A stretch of DNA of 64,000 nucleotides from a virus. Made by a program: the position numbers and the translations under genes. Below are positions 38,388 through 45,961 of the stretch, one piece after another (within the stretch, counting starts at the first letter, position 1; each line of letters opens with the position of its first letter). The stretch is from IMG/VR virus record IMGVR_UViG_3300022074_000002; one strand, 5' to 3'. The notes below the pieces were generated by a model, which saw only the letters and a list, made by a program, of their open reading frames with translations, had not been told where the DNA came from and searched no databases.

Positions 38388-39248
38388 CTTAGAATTATTT
38401 CCTATAGAAATTTCTTTTAGATCATCTGCATTACCATTAGCAGTGATCTTATGTTTGTGAGGACCTACCACATTAGGTGCATTGATTAACATAACGTCAG
38501 CACATACACTATAGTATGGAGACTTTGGATGGAACACTATACCTTCTTTTTTCATCTGACCACAATTTTTTAACCTGGCTATCTCAAAGTCAAGGCGTTT
38601 GTTAGCAGTGAGTTGTTTACGATATTCATTATGGATAGCAGTTGCTTCCATACATTTATCTCTTGCTTCTTTATCTAATGGTATAGAAAGGGTAGCACTG
38701 AATCCTAGGTTTATATTCTGTGTAGACTTCTGTCCTGTACGTGTAGGGATATAGTATAGTATCTCACCTGGTGCATCAGGTATGTTGTCATCATTATTAT
38801 CTGCATTGTTGTACACAGGATCAAGGAAGATATCCTCGTAAGGATCTTGCCATGTTCCTGTTCTGGTGATGTATGGTGTGAAATTGGCGGTAGCAGTTTG
38901 ACATGATATACCATCACCATATGTGTTAGTAATATATGGTCCTTGTAAAACTTGTATTGCCTGGTTGGTCACTGAGCCTGAAGAATTAGCGACTGGATTT
39001 GCTGTCGCAGAAACACCACCAACGTCTGTTGCATACACAGGCACACATGTAGAAAGTGCAGTGATAGCAGTCAGTTTGAGAATATACTGGTTGATTCTGT
39101 GACGGATTGGACGGTGGTATCTCTCTGTATTATTGTATGAGTCTGAAGACCTGGTCCGCTGTAATGCTCTGTAAATTGGAAGGAGTTTCCTGCCTCGCTT
39201 TGCTTCCAATTTGGTTTGTTTTGTGTTGATAAATCTAGTCCAGTCCAT
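38382..39248 (-). CDS. Putative exported protein; true start uncertain, probably near 39083-39044
   Basis: Signal-peptide-like ILKLTAITALSTCVPVYA followed by SATANPVANSSGSVTNQAIQ; no ATG near the signal peptide. Confidence 0.6.
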   Translation of the reverse strand: MDWTRFINTKQTKLEAKRGRKLLPIYRALQRTRSSDSYNNTERYHRPIRHRINQYILKLTAITALSTCVPVYATDVGGVSATANPVANSSGSVTNQAIQVLQGPYITNTYGDGISCQTATANFTPYITRTGTWQDPYEDIFLDPVYNNADNNDDNIPDAPGEILYYIPTRTGQKSTQNINLGFSATLSIPLDKEARDKCMEATAIHNEYRKQLTANKRLDFEIARLKNCGQMKKEGIVFHPKSPYYSVCADVMLINAPNVVGPHKHKITANGNADDLKEISIGNNSKL

Positions 39249-39526
39249 GTTGAAGTCACACCATTGTTGGTATTAGTTTGTGTAGTTGTCACATCAGGTG
39301 CTATGTTAGTACTACCTGATTCAAGTTCTACCCCTGAGCCACTGACTGAATAAGTCCAGCCTGTGGCATAATCCATACTATTTATGGTCTCAGACGTAGT
39401 GACAGTCTGGGTTGTCACCGAAGTCATACTACCCTGAGTGAAATTCGGAACCACAGGCACAGCCTTCGCAGTCCTCACATTCGCAAGGACACACATGCTT
39501 GCAAACAGGACATATATCTTTTTCAT
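39071..39526 (-). CDS. Putative exported Thr/Ser-rich protein
   Basis: MKK-hydrophobic-AKA signal peptide. Confidence 0.65.
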   Translation of the reverse strand: MKKIYVLFASMCVLANVRTAKAVPVVPNFTQGSMTSVTTQTVTTSETINSMDYATGWTYSVSGSGVELESGSTNIAPDVTTTQTNTNNGVTSTWTGLDLSTQNKPNWKQSEAGNSFQFTEHYSGPGLQTHTIIQRDTTVQSVTESTSIFSN

Positions 39527-39534
39527 CTGTCATG

Positions 39535-40029
39535 TTAATCTATTACTAATTCAGTTACGAACTGACCTGTACTTAGAGTACCAGTTCCACCACCAACTAC
39601 TGTTAAAGCACCAGAACTTAAGACTGTACCTGTACCAGTTCCAGATCCTACAGCAGTAGATGTCTGGTCTGAGTATGCACTAACAGCACCTAAAGTTGGA
39701 GCACTAGTTACAATAGCGTCACCTTCAATGAATGATTGAGAGAATGTGAACGCTGTACCAGCAGTGTGAGTTGCAGTAGCAATAGAACCTTGTCCTACTC
39801 CATCAGTTAGAGTTCCTAGACCACCTACGTTTAAGTCAGCAGATCCACCGCCACCTACGTCTGTAGAGACACCAGAACCAGAAACACTATATGTTGATCC
39901 GATTCTTGATACCTGTGTCGCTGCTGCGTTGGTTTGTAATTGGACAGAGCTACTCAATCTATGAGTGATGTCTGCAAATGCAGGAGAACTAAATCCCGCT
40001 ACCATGATAAGGGGAATAAATTTTTTCAT
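39535..40029 (-). CDS. Putative exported Gly/Ser/Thr-rich protein
   Basis: MKKFIPLIMVAGFSSPAFA signal peptide; CTAAATAAATA late-promoter-like motif upstream on the minus strand (about 40065-40075). Confidence 0.65.
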   Translation of the reverse strand: MKKFIPLIMVAGFSSPAFADITHRLSSSVQLQTNAAATQVSRIGSTYSVSGSGVSTDVGGGGSADLNVGGLGTLTDGVGQGSIATATHTAGTAFTFSQSFIEGDAIVTSAPTLGAVSAYSDQTSTAVGSGTGTGTVLSSGALTVVGGGTGTLSTGQFVTELVID

Positions 40030-40121
40030 TTCGCCCTGTTACGATTTATGTACTGTATTTATTTAGCAACATATAAAAGTATCCAAAATTACACAATTTA
40101 AAACTTTTTTGAACTTTCCGC

Positions 40122-40150
40122 TTGACAAAACTTAACATTTGCTATATAGT
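40122..40150 (+). promoter_or_regulatory. Sigma70-type promoter of the hli cluster
   Basis: TTGACA-17 nt-TATAGT. Confidence 0.75.
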
Positions 40151-40178
40151 ATTGTAACAGTTCTTAATAAAGTAACAA

Positions 40179-40385
40179 ATGACAACAACAACTGAATCAG
40201 GCGGACGCCAAAATATGTTTCCAACTGAAACTCGTCCTTACATAGACGAGAGCATCTCCTATGAATCCTATGCAAAGAATGCAGAGAAGATCAATGGTAG
40301 ATGGGCAATGCTTGGTATAGTATCGGGTCTCATTTCTTATACTTTAACAGGAAACTTCTTCTTCGGTGGACTTCTTGGTTTCTAA
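40179..40385 (+). CDS. hli: High-light-inducible protein
   Basis: AEKINGRWAMLG chlorophyll-binding motif. Confidence 0.9.
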   Translation: MTTTTESGGRQNMFPTETRPYIDESISYESYAKNAEKINGRWAMLGIVSGLISYTLTGNFFFGGLLGF

Positions 40386-40444
40386 CCATGGATACTATCG
40401 AATCTATTATATACACATATTTAACACAAAACAGGTACACTATC

Positions 40445-40552
40445 ATGACTCCAGAAGCAGAAAGATTTAATGGTTGGGCAGCAATGCTAGGCGTTGTAGC
40501 AGCAATCGGTGCATACGCAACAACAGGACAAGTAATTCCAGGTATCTTCTAA
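40445..40552 (+). CDS. hli: High-light-inducible protein (35 aa)
   Basis: MTPEAERFNGWAAMLG...TTGQVIPGIF. Confidence 0.9.
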   Translation: MTPEAERFNGWAAMLGVVAAIGAYATTGQVIPGIF

Positions 40553-40674
40553 TGACAGATAAAGAATCAAAAGCAGTTGCTGAGAAACTAAATGGCAGAC
40601 TTGCCATGATCGGCATCATTGCAGGGTTAGGTGCTTACCTAACAACAGGACAAATTATTCCTGGTTTTGTATAA
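40552..40674 (+). CDS. hli: High-light-inducible protein (40 aa)
   Basis: AEKLNGRLAMIG...TTGQIIPGFV; TAATG overlap. Confidence 0.9.
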   Translation: MTDKESKAVAEKLNGRLAMIGIIAGLGAYLTTGQIIPGFV

Positions 40675-40839
40675 ATGTCTGAATTGTCTACAGCAAATGA
40701 CATATCACCTTTTCTAGCAATCCTATGGTGTTTCATTCCCATAGGAACGCTAGTCTTTTTTGAATTGTTATTTGGACAAGATGATGATGACGATGACCAA
40801 GGTGGCGGTGTAATGTCACCAGTATTTCAAGGAACTTAA
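40675..40839 (+). CDS. 54-aa single-TM protein with poly-Asp tract
   Basis: MSELSTAND...LWCFIPIGTLVFFELLFGQDDDDDDQGGGVM. Confidence 0.6.
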   Translation: MSELSTANDISPFLAILWCFIPIGTLVFFELLFGQDDDDDDQGGGVMSPVFQGT

Positions 40840-40843
40840 AACA

Positions 40844-40918
40844 ATGCAACACATACTATTCACAACTCTAGTTACAGCGTACATCGTATCAGGTGTAGGT
40901 AGCATAGCATTCGCATGA
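40844..40918 (+). CDS. 24-aa hydrophobic micropeptide
   Basis: MQHILFTTLVTAYIVSGVGSIAFA; ATGA overlap with the next ORF. Confidence 0.5.
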   Translation: MQHILFTTLVTAYIVSGVGSIAFA

Positions 40919-41007
40919 AGATTTTCTATAGTCCATACTACCAACTCATGGAGTTTGGCTTTTTTATAATTATCGGCACAGCAGCAGGAATGGCAGGATT
41001 AATATGA
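40915..41007 (+). CDS. 30-aa hydrophobic micropeptide
   Basis: MKIFYSPYYQLMEFGFFIIIGTAAGMAGLI; ATGA overlaps at both ends. Confidence 0.55.
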   Translation: MKIFYSPYYQLMEFGFFIIIGTAAGMAGLI

Positions 41008-41363
41008 ACTATCACGACGTTATGGAAGTATACAAAAGACCAATGAGTGTCAGATATATACCCACATTCTTCTGGGCAATAATATCTGTTGTATCTTTGT
41101 CTCTAGCATTTCCACAAATTACTCACGCATTTGAGAAAGAACCTGTGATATGGGTTCAAGTACCACAATGGACAGATGACTGGGCAGTGTGTGCTGTGGA
41201 TATACCAGACGCAGCATGCCATTGGTACGTAGCAAACGCAGACAATACATTTGGAGAAGGTTTTGACTGGGAGACCGCACCATGGTTCGATGCTAACGGA
41301 TTGAATGACGTAGCACCAATACAAAAACTAACAGTCGCACAAAAATTACAGGAGGTTGGATGA
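41004..41363 (+). CDS. Hypothetical membrane or exported protein
   Basis: 119 aa; TM segment then WAVCAVDIPDAACHWY. Confidence 0.6.
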   Translation: MNYHDVMEVYKRPMSVRYIPTFFWAIISVVSLSLAFPQITHAFEKEPVIWVQVPQWTDDWAVCAVDIPDAACHWYVANADNTFGEGFDWETAPWFDANGLNDVAPIQKLTVAQKLQEVG

Positions 41364-41647
41364 TTCCACTACTACTATCAGCATCAAGTTTACTTAACTT
41401 TGTCTTCTACATCTATGCGATTGGATTTGTTATCGCACTAGGACTAGAGCAGTGGTTGAAGTTTAGACCACTCTCTTTTGACTCAACAATGAATGAGAGA
41501 AACATGTACATAGTACAAACAAATAGAAAGTATCTATGGAGAGAAACATGGATAGTCAACATCAATTGGTTTGCATGTAATGTAGGTTTATATTTTCTAT
41601 CAAGAAACATACAACCTGTAGGAGATACTTTCTGGCAAGGTATGTAG
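41360..41647 (+). CDS. Hypothetical membrane protein
   Basis: 95 aa; two hydrophobic segments; ATGA overlap. Confidence 0.6.
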   Translation: MIPLLLSASSLLNFVFYIYAIGFVIALGLEQWLKFRPLSFDSTMNERNMYIVQTNRKYLWRETWIVNINWFACNVGLYFLSRNIQPVGDTFWQGM

Positions 41648-41648
41648 G

Positions 41649-41747
41649 ATGAGCACGGTTCAGATGACTATTGCAGCAACGAGTGCTGTGGTTGTAACAG
41701 CAGGGTTGTTTTTAATGATGATGTATGTTATGATAGACGAAGATTAA
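41649..41747 (+). CDS. 32-aa hydrophobic micropeptide
   Basis: MSTVQMTIAATSAVVVTAGLFLMMMYVMIDED. Confidence 0.4.
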   Translation: MSTVQMTIAATSAVVVTAGLFLMMMYVMIDED

Positions 41748-41784
41748 AAACCTTAATCTTATAATTAATATTGAACACTCTAGT

Positions 41785-41973
41785 ATGCTAGAAAAAATGA
41801 AGTATTTTCACGTTTACTTAAACGATAAGTGTTTGTTCAAAAATTTAAACCAAGAAGAGTTTGATGTGATATGGGGAAGGATATACCATTCATATTTTAA
41901 GGACGAACTAACATACGTGGAATGTATAGAAGACACATGTATACAAGGTAAAATAGAAGAGCATTCCTATTGA
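41785..41973 (+). CDS. Small hypothetical protein
   Basis: 62 aa track ORF with acidic C-terminus. Confidence 0.55.
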   Translation: MLEKMKYFHVYLNDKCLFKNLNQEEFDVIWGRIYHSYFKDELTYVECIEDTCIQGKIEEHSY

Positions 41974-42122
41974 AGAACAATGACCACAATGGTTTTGATA
42001 CAAAGAAACATTTAAAATATCTTAAACAACTGAAGAGAGATTTAAAAAGACATCCCAAACATAAAGTCCCTAAGCATCCGTTTGCAAAATATGGGTATAA
42101 ATACCCAACTTTTAGGGGTTGA
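41970..42122 (+). CDS. 50-aa basic hypothetical protein
   Basis: TTG start overlapping the upstream stop; KHLKYLKQLKRDLK. Confidence 0.4.
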   Translation: MKNNDHNGFDTKKHLKYLKQLKRDLKRHPKHKVPKHPFAKYGYKYPTFRG

Positions 42123-42147
42123 CAAAAAAGTAACAAAACGTTATACT
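42119..42147 (+). promoter_or_regulatory. Sigma70-type psbA promoter
   Basis: TTGACA-17 nt-TATACT, with an overlapping CTAAATA late-type motif. Confidence 0.8.
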
Positions 42148-42214
42148 AAATAGAACAGTGAGGATTTCCTCACCATTAGGACGGACTCGAAACAATCGTA
42201 ACCCTGACTACAAA

Positions 42215-42334
42215 CTGCTCCCAACCAAGACCTACGTAGGCAGTATAATACTTCGTCTTTCATATCCAGTAGTGAGGGATTGCTGGAAATAAATATCGCA
42301 TCTTCCCTGATGCCCTATTTAAAACGTCTTACTA
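42215..42334 (+). ncRNA. psbA 5' leader structure, probably the PhotoRC-II RNA motif
   Basis: ACTGC/GCAGT, TCCAGTAGT/ATTGCTGGA and GAGGG/CCCT pairings directly upstream of psbA; family name from recall. Confidence 0.6.
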
Positions 42335-43423
42335 ATGACAACTCTTTCAAAACAAGGTAGACAGCAAGGTCTACTAGCAGGCTGGCCACAGTTCTGTGAC
42401 TGGGTAACTTCAACTGACAACAGAATTTATGTTGGATGGTTCGGTGTACTCATGATCCCATGTTTGCTCGCAGCAGCAGCATGTTTCGTAGTTGCATTCA
42501 TTGCAGCACCTCCTGTCGATATCGACGGAATCAGAGAACCAGTAGCGGGTTCTTTCTTATATGGTAACAACATCATCTCTGGTGCAGTTGTTCCATCATC
42601 AAACGCTATAGGTCTACACTTCTACCCTATATGGGAAGCAGCAACCATGGATGAGTGGTTGTACAACGGTGGTCCTTATCAATTAGTTATTTTCCACTTC
42701 CTAATCGGTATCTCAGCATACATGGGAAGACAGTGGGAACTATCATATAGATTAGGAATGAGACCATGGATCTGTGTTGCATACTCTGCACCAGTTTCAG
42801 CAGCATTCGCTGTATTCTTAGTGTATCCTTTCGGTCAGGGATCTTTCTCAGACGGTATGCCTTTAGGTATCTCAGGTACATTTAACTTTATGTTCGTGTT
42901 CCAAGCAGAACATAACATTCTAATGCATCCTTTCCACATGGCAGGAGTAGCAGGAATGTTTGGGGGATCACTCTTTAGTGCAATGCACGGTTCTTTAGTT
43001 ACATCATCTCTAATCAGAGAAACTACAGAAGTTGAGTCTCAGAACTACGGTTACAAATTCGGTCAAGAAGAAGAAACATATAACATAGTAGCAGCACACG
43101 GTTACTTTGGTCGTCTTATCTTCCAGTATGCTTCTTTCAACAACTCTAGATCACTACACTTCTTCCTAGCAGTGTTCCCAGTAGTATGCGTATGGTTAAC
43201 ATCCATGGGTATCTGCACAATGGCATTTAACTTAAACGGTTTCAACTTCAACCAATCAGTTGTAGATGTAAACGGAAAAGTTATCCCAACATGGGGCGAT
43301 GTTCTTAACAGAGCAAACCTAGGTATGGAAGTAATGCATGAGAGAAATGCACATAACTTCCCACTAGACCTAGCATCTGCTGAGTCTACAGAGGTTGCTT
43401 TAACTGCACCATCTATTGGTTGA
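42335..43423 (+). CDS. psbA: Photosystem II D1 protein
   Basis: [35 protein letters not shown]; uninterrupted. Confidence 0.99.
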   Translation: MTTLSKQGRQQGLLAGWPQFCDWVTSTDNRIYVGWFGVLMIPCLLAAAACFVVAFIAAPPVDIDGIREPVAGSFLYGNNIISGAVVPSSNAIGLHFYPIWEAATMDEWLYNGGPYQLVIFHFLIGISAYMGRQWELSYRLGMRPWICVAYSAPVSAAFAVFLVYPFGQGSFSDGMPLGISGTFNFMFVFQAEHNILMHPFHMAGVAGMFGGSLFSAMHGSLVTSSLIRETTEVESQNYGYKFGQEEETYNIVAAHGYFGRLIFQYASFNNSRSLHFFLAVFPVVCVWLTSMGICTMAFNLNGFNFNQSVVDVNGKVIPTWGDVLNRANLGMEVMHERNAHNFPLDLASAESTEVALTAPSIG

Positions 43424-43478
43424 CACACAAGTTAGATTATGTTATACTGAGGGTCTTGAAAAGAGACCCTCTTTTTTT
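43420..43478 (+). terminator. psbA terminator overlapping a sigma70-type promoter
   Basis: TTGACA(43420)-17 nt-TATACT then GAGGGTCT/AGACCCTC hairpin and T7. Confidence 0.75.
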
Positions 43479-43497
43479 ATACATAAAAATAAAACTC

Positions 43498-43758
43498 ATG
43501 GATATAATAATCTATACCAATGAAGGATGTATCTGGTGCACTAGAACTAAAGAATTGATGGCGAGAGCGAACGTAGAATATACTGAGGTTAAGTGGGCGG
43601 ACTTAGGAATTGATAGTCAACTTAAATTAAAATCAAAGTACGGTCAGAAATTAAGTGGTTTTCCTGTGGTCATCATAGATGACGAGTATGTTGGTGGACT
43701 CATTGACGTTGCCAAACTATTTCTTAAGAAAGGATTAGTGACATCTAGTAAAGGTTGA
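43498..43758 (+). CDS. Glutaredoxin-like protein
   Basis: CIWC motif, GFPVV, VGGL; ATG at 43498 lies after the terminator. Confidence 0.8.
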   Translation: MDIIIYTNEGCIWCTRTKELMARANVEYTEVKWADLGIDSQLKLKSKYGQKLSGFPVVIIDDEYVGGLIDVAKLFLKKGLVTSSKG

Positions 43759-43946
43759 TGACAGAAATTAAAATAAATAAAGGTATAGAACTCATGTTAA
43801 GGAGGGCGAAACCGAAGTCCATTGAACCTACCCGCAAAGGGTTACTTATAAACAAAGTGTTTATCCTCCTAAAAAGAAAAGTCTACTTCAACTTTGAACT
43901 TAGGTGGCAACAGGAAAAAATTAGTTCGGAGTTGAACAATGACTGA
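43755..43946 (+). CDS. Small basic hypothetical protein
   Basis: 63 aa; operon-like overlaps. Confidence 0.55.
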   Translation: MMTEIKINKGIELMLRRAKPKSIEPTRKGLLINKVFILLKRKVYFNFELRWQQEKISSELNND

Positions 43947-44169
43947 AACAATGATGATCTTTATGTCAGTGACTACATCCTTTATCTTCCTAGCGATAGG
44001 GGTCTTAGCAGGATGGACAGCAAACGAGGTCAAACATGATCAACTATACGCAAAGGAGATTGAAGAACACAATGCTATGCATCCAGAGATGTATGATAAT
44101 AACGGTTTCATTCTAAATGAAGAACTATTATCTGTTAGGTTCACTGATCCTGAGGATTTGGAAGACTAA
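43939..44169 (+). CDS. Single-TM hypothetical protein
   Basis: N-terminal TM; HPEMYD...EELLSVRF. Confidence 0.6.
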   Translation: MTETMMIFMSVTTSFIFLAIGVLAGWTANEVKHDQLYAKEIEEHNAMHPEMYDNNGFILNEELLSVRFTDPEDLED

Positions 44170-44198
44170 TAAATACTACTATAGGACTATAATTAATC

Positions 44199-44630
44199 AT
44201 GCAATTGTTACTAAATGAAGTGCTACAAAAAGTAAGCAACGCAAAAACTAAAGCACAGAAAATAAAATTACTACAGGAATATAATACTCCTGCGTTGAGG
44301 TCTGTCTTGATCGCTAACTTTGATGAGAGTGTGATCTCCATGCTCCCTGATGGAACAGTTCCTTACAAAGAAAACGATGCACCAGAAGAAACTGAACATA
44401 CGAGACTTGTACAAGAGTATCGTAAACTATATCTTTTCTTCAAGGGTGGTGCGAGTGTCTCACAGACTAGAAGAGAAACTCTATTCATACAATTACTAGA
44501 AGGTCTTCATAAAGGAGAAGCAGAAGTGCTGACTCTTATGAAAGATAGAAAGATAGGTAAGCGTTGGAAGATAACCAAGGCATGTGTGGAAGAAGCATTC
44601 CCTTCAATCGAGTGGGGTAATAGAAGCTAA
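44199..44630 (+). CDS. Conserved T4-like phage hypothetical protein
   Basis: RRETLFIQLLEGLH..EA motif; AATAAATA upstream. Confidence 0.7.
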   Translation: MQLLLNEVLQKVSNAKTKAQKIKLLQEYNTPALRSVLIANFDESVISMLPDGTVPYKENDAPEETEHTRLVQEYRKLYLFFKGGASVSQTRRETLFIQLLEGLHKGEAEVLTLMKDRKIGKRWKITKACVEEAFPSIEWGNRS

Positions 44631-44908
44631 TGAACATGGTAAACATCCTAAAGGAAAACTGTGATCTTGGTAAAGATAATAATGAAAAGTTACCATACAA
44701 TGCATACCTTATAAATTATAAAGTAGGTGACAAGGAGGAGATGAGATGGGACATCGCTATGGGTCACAAAAAATCTGAAATCTTTGACCATTACTATGAT
44801 AAGTATAAGAATGTTAAAGCAATAGTTCAATCAAAGGGTATAGTAAACCCTAAGATGTGGAAAAATCCAGCAGATCCAGAACCACCAAAAGGTAAAAAGA
44901 AAAAATGA
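44630..44908 (+). CDS. Hypothetical protein
   Basis: 92 aa; IFDHYYDKYK motif. Confidence 0.6.
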   Translation: MNMVNILKENCDLGKDNNEKLPYNAYLINYKVGDKEEMRWDIAMGHKKSEIFDHYYDKYKNVKAIVQSKGIVNPKMWKNPADPEPPKGKKKK

Positions 44909-45183
44909 TTGCAGAAGCAGCAAAGTCATATCCAACAGGCATGTGGGTTATATTCTACAGAAGGTTAGATAATCCTGATGTATGGAAGACCATGAGATAC
45001 CAGAAGAGTGATGGAGTTATTGTGTCTGCAGATACTTATGATAATGTGTTTAAGTTTCGCAGATACAGAGAAGCATTTGATTTTACAAGAGGATTAATTT
45101 TTGCAGACGAACCAGTTTATGACGCTACAGTGAAGAGAATCTGCAAGGCAGGAGGAACAGATTTTTATTTGTCAGGAAATTAA
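44905..45183 (+). CDS. Hypothetical protein
   Basis: 92 aa; ATGA overlap. Confidence 0.55.
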   Translation: MIAEAAKSYPTGMWVIFYRRLDNPDVWKTMRYQKSDGVIVSADTYDNVFKFRRYREAFDFTRGLIFADEPVYDATVKRICKAGGTDFYLSGN

Positions 45184-45222
45184 GATATAATTAAGATACG
45201 ATTATGTAGTCGTTAATACTTA

Positions 45223-45251
45223 TTGACATTTCTAAATAGTTATGTTAGTAT
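45223..45251 (+). promoter_or_regulatory. Sigma70-type promoter with embedded CTAAATA, driving the riboswitch locus
   Basis: TTGACA-17 nt-TAGTAT. Confidence 0.65.
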
Positions 45252-45258
45252 TCTAACA

Positions 45259-45491
45259 CGTTCATCCAAATGCATAGTCTAGCACTACTAGTACTTCTAT
45301 TCGCTGAACATGATTCTTCTCATTGGGAAATGTCATGTGACGAATGGAACCAAGCAAGGATTGAGATACTCAGCGATGAGAATCACATCCAAGATGCTAA
45401 GGAGTATCTTATTGACTACTTCTACACCAAAGTACCAGATAGAAATTGCAAGGCATGGTCAATTGGACGCAAGTAAGTCAGACACGGAACG
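45259..45491 (+). ncRNA. Glutamine-type riboswitch aptamer 1, split by an ORF in its P2 loop
   Basis: CGTTCA-TCCAA[45270-45462]TTGGA-CGCAAG...GAC...GGAACG; same architecture as the intact copy that follows. Confidence 0.7.
45270..45476 (+). CDS. 68-aa protein encoded within the riboswitch loop
   Basis: MHSLALLVLLFAEH...IGRK; hydrophobic N-terminus, two Cys; stop falls in the 3' half of the aptamer. Confidence 0.6.
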   Translation: MHSLALLVLLFAEHDSSHWEMSCDEWNQARIEILSDENHIQDAKEYLIDYFYTKVPDRNCKAWSIGRK

Positions 45492-45495
45492 GATT

Positions 45496-45537
45496 CGTTC
45501 ATCTCTTACGAGACGCAAATGTTCGACTGAAGGAACG
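45496..45537 (+). ncRNA. Glutamine-type riboswitch aptamer 2 (Downstream-peptide/glnA class)
   Basis: CGTTCA-TCTC-TTAC-GAGA-CGCAAATGTTCGACTGAAGGAACG; P1 CGTTC/GAACG; precedes a YRG peptide. Confidence 0.8.
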
Positions 45538-45570
45538 GGGCTACAATCCCTACTACTTTGGAGAAAACAA

Positions 45571-45702
45571 ATGACTAAAGTCACTTACCGTGGCGTTGAG
45601 TACAACGCTGAAGAGTACAACGCTAAAGTGCTTGCAGAAGCATCAAAGCGTAATAGACACGAACTAATGTATCGTGGTTTAAAAGTAACAAGCAAGGCAT
45701 AA
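45571..45702 (+). CDS. DUF4278-like downstream peptide (43 aa)
   Basis: MTKVTYRGVEY...ELMYRGLKV; GGAG RBS. Confidence 0.8.
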   Translation: MTKVTYRGVEYNAEEYNAKVLAEASKRNRHELMYRGLKVTSKA

Positions 45703-45728
45703 CCTTGTATTTAAGATGAGGTAATACA

Positions 45729-45902
45729 ATGTTAAGGATCAAGGTTGATTGGACACGTCCAACTCTTCCAGAATTTGATCCTGTCAAGCACGATCCCGAA
45801 AGAACATTTGCATTCTTGACTTATCGTGGTGTTAACTACGCTAAATGGGTTTATTTAAAAGTCCAATTTAACGCAGTCAAAGACTGGAAGATTACATCTT
45901 AA
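45729..45902 (+). CDS. Second YRG-motif peptide (57 aa), absent from the ORF track
   Basis: MLRIKVDW...FLTYRGVNYAKW; GAGG RBS. Confidence 0.65.
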   Translation: MLRIKVDWTRPTLPEFDPVKHDPERTFAFLTYRGVNYAKWVYLKVQFNAVKDWKITS

Positions 45903-45904
45903 TC

Positions 45905-45940
45905 AGAGGGGTAGACACCCCTCTTTTTTTATGGTATGAT
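45905..45940 (+). terminator. Terminator with -35-like box in the loop and downstream -10
   Basis: AGAGGGG-TAGACA-CCCCTCT-TTTTTT then TG-G-TATGAT at 17-nt spacing. Confidence 0.75.
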
Positions 45941-45961
45941 ATACCTACTGCTAATATAAAT

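Noticed and set aside
40030-40178. tRNA genes in intergenic gaps (also 24330-24577, 42150-42334, 63655-63846)
   Set aside because: No cloverleaf with T-loop GTTCRA and acceptor stem found by eye; tRNAscan-SE would confirm.
43102-43428. Antisense ORF on the psbA 3' end
   Set aside because: Expected shadow of a conserved gene; no promoter or RBS support seen.
43420-43497. TTG-started N-terminal extension of the glutaredoxin-like ORF
   Set aside because: It runs through a promoter and terminator; ATG 43498 gives a normal glutaredoxin start.
45310-45702. 130-aa track ORF spanning the riboswitches
   Set aside because: Only the last 43 codons (from ATG 45571, with RBS) look like a real peptide; the rest is an open frame across the nested ORF and aptamers.
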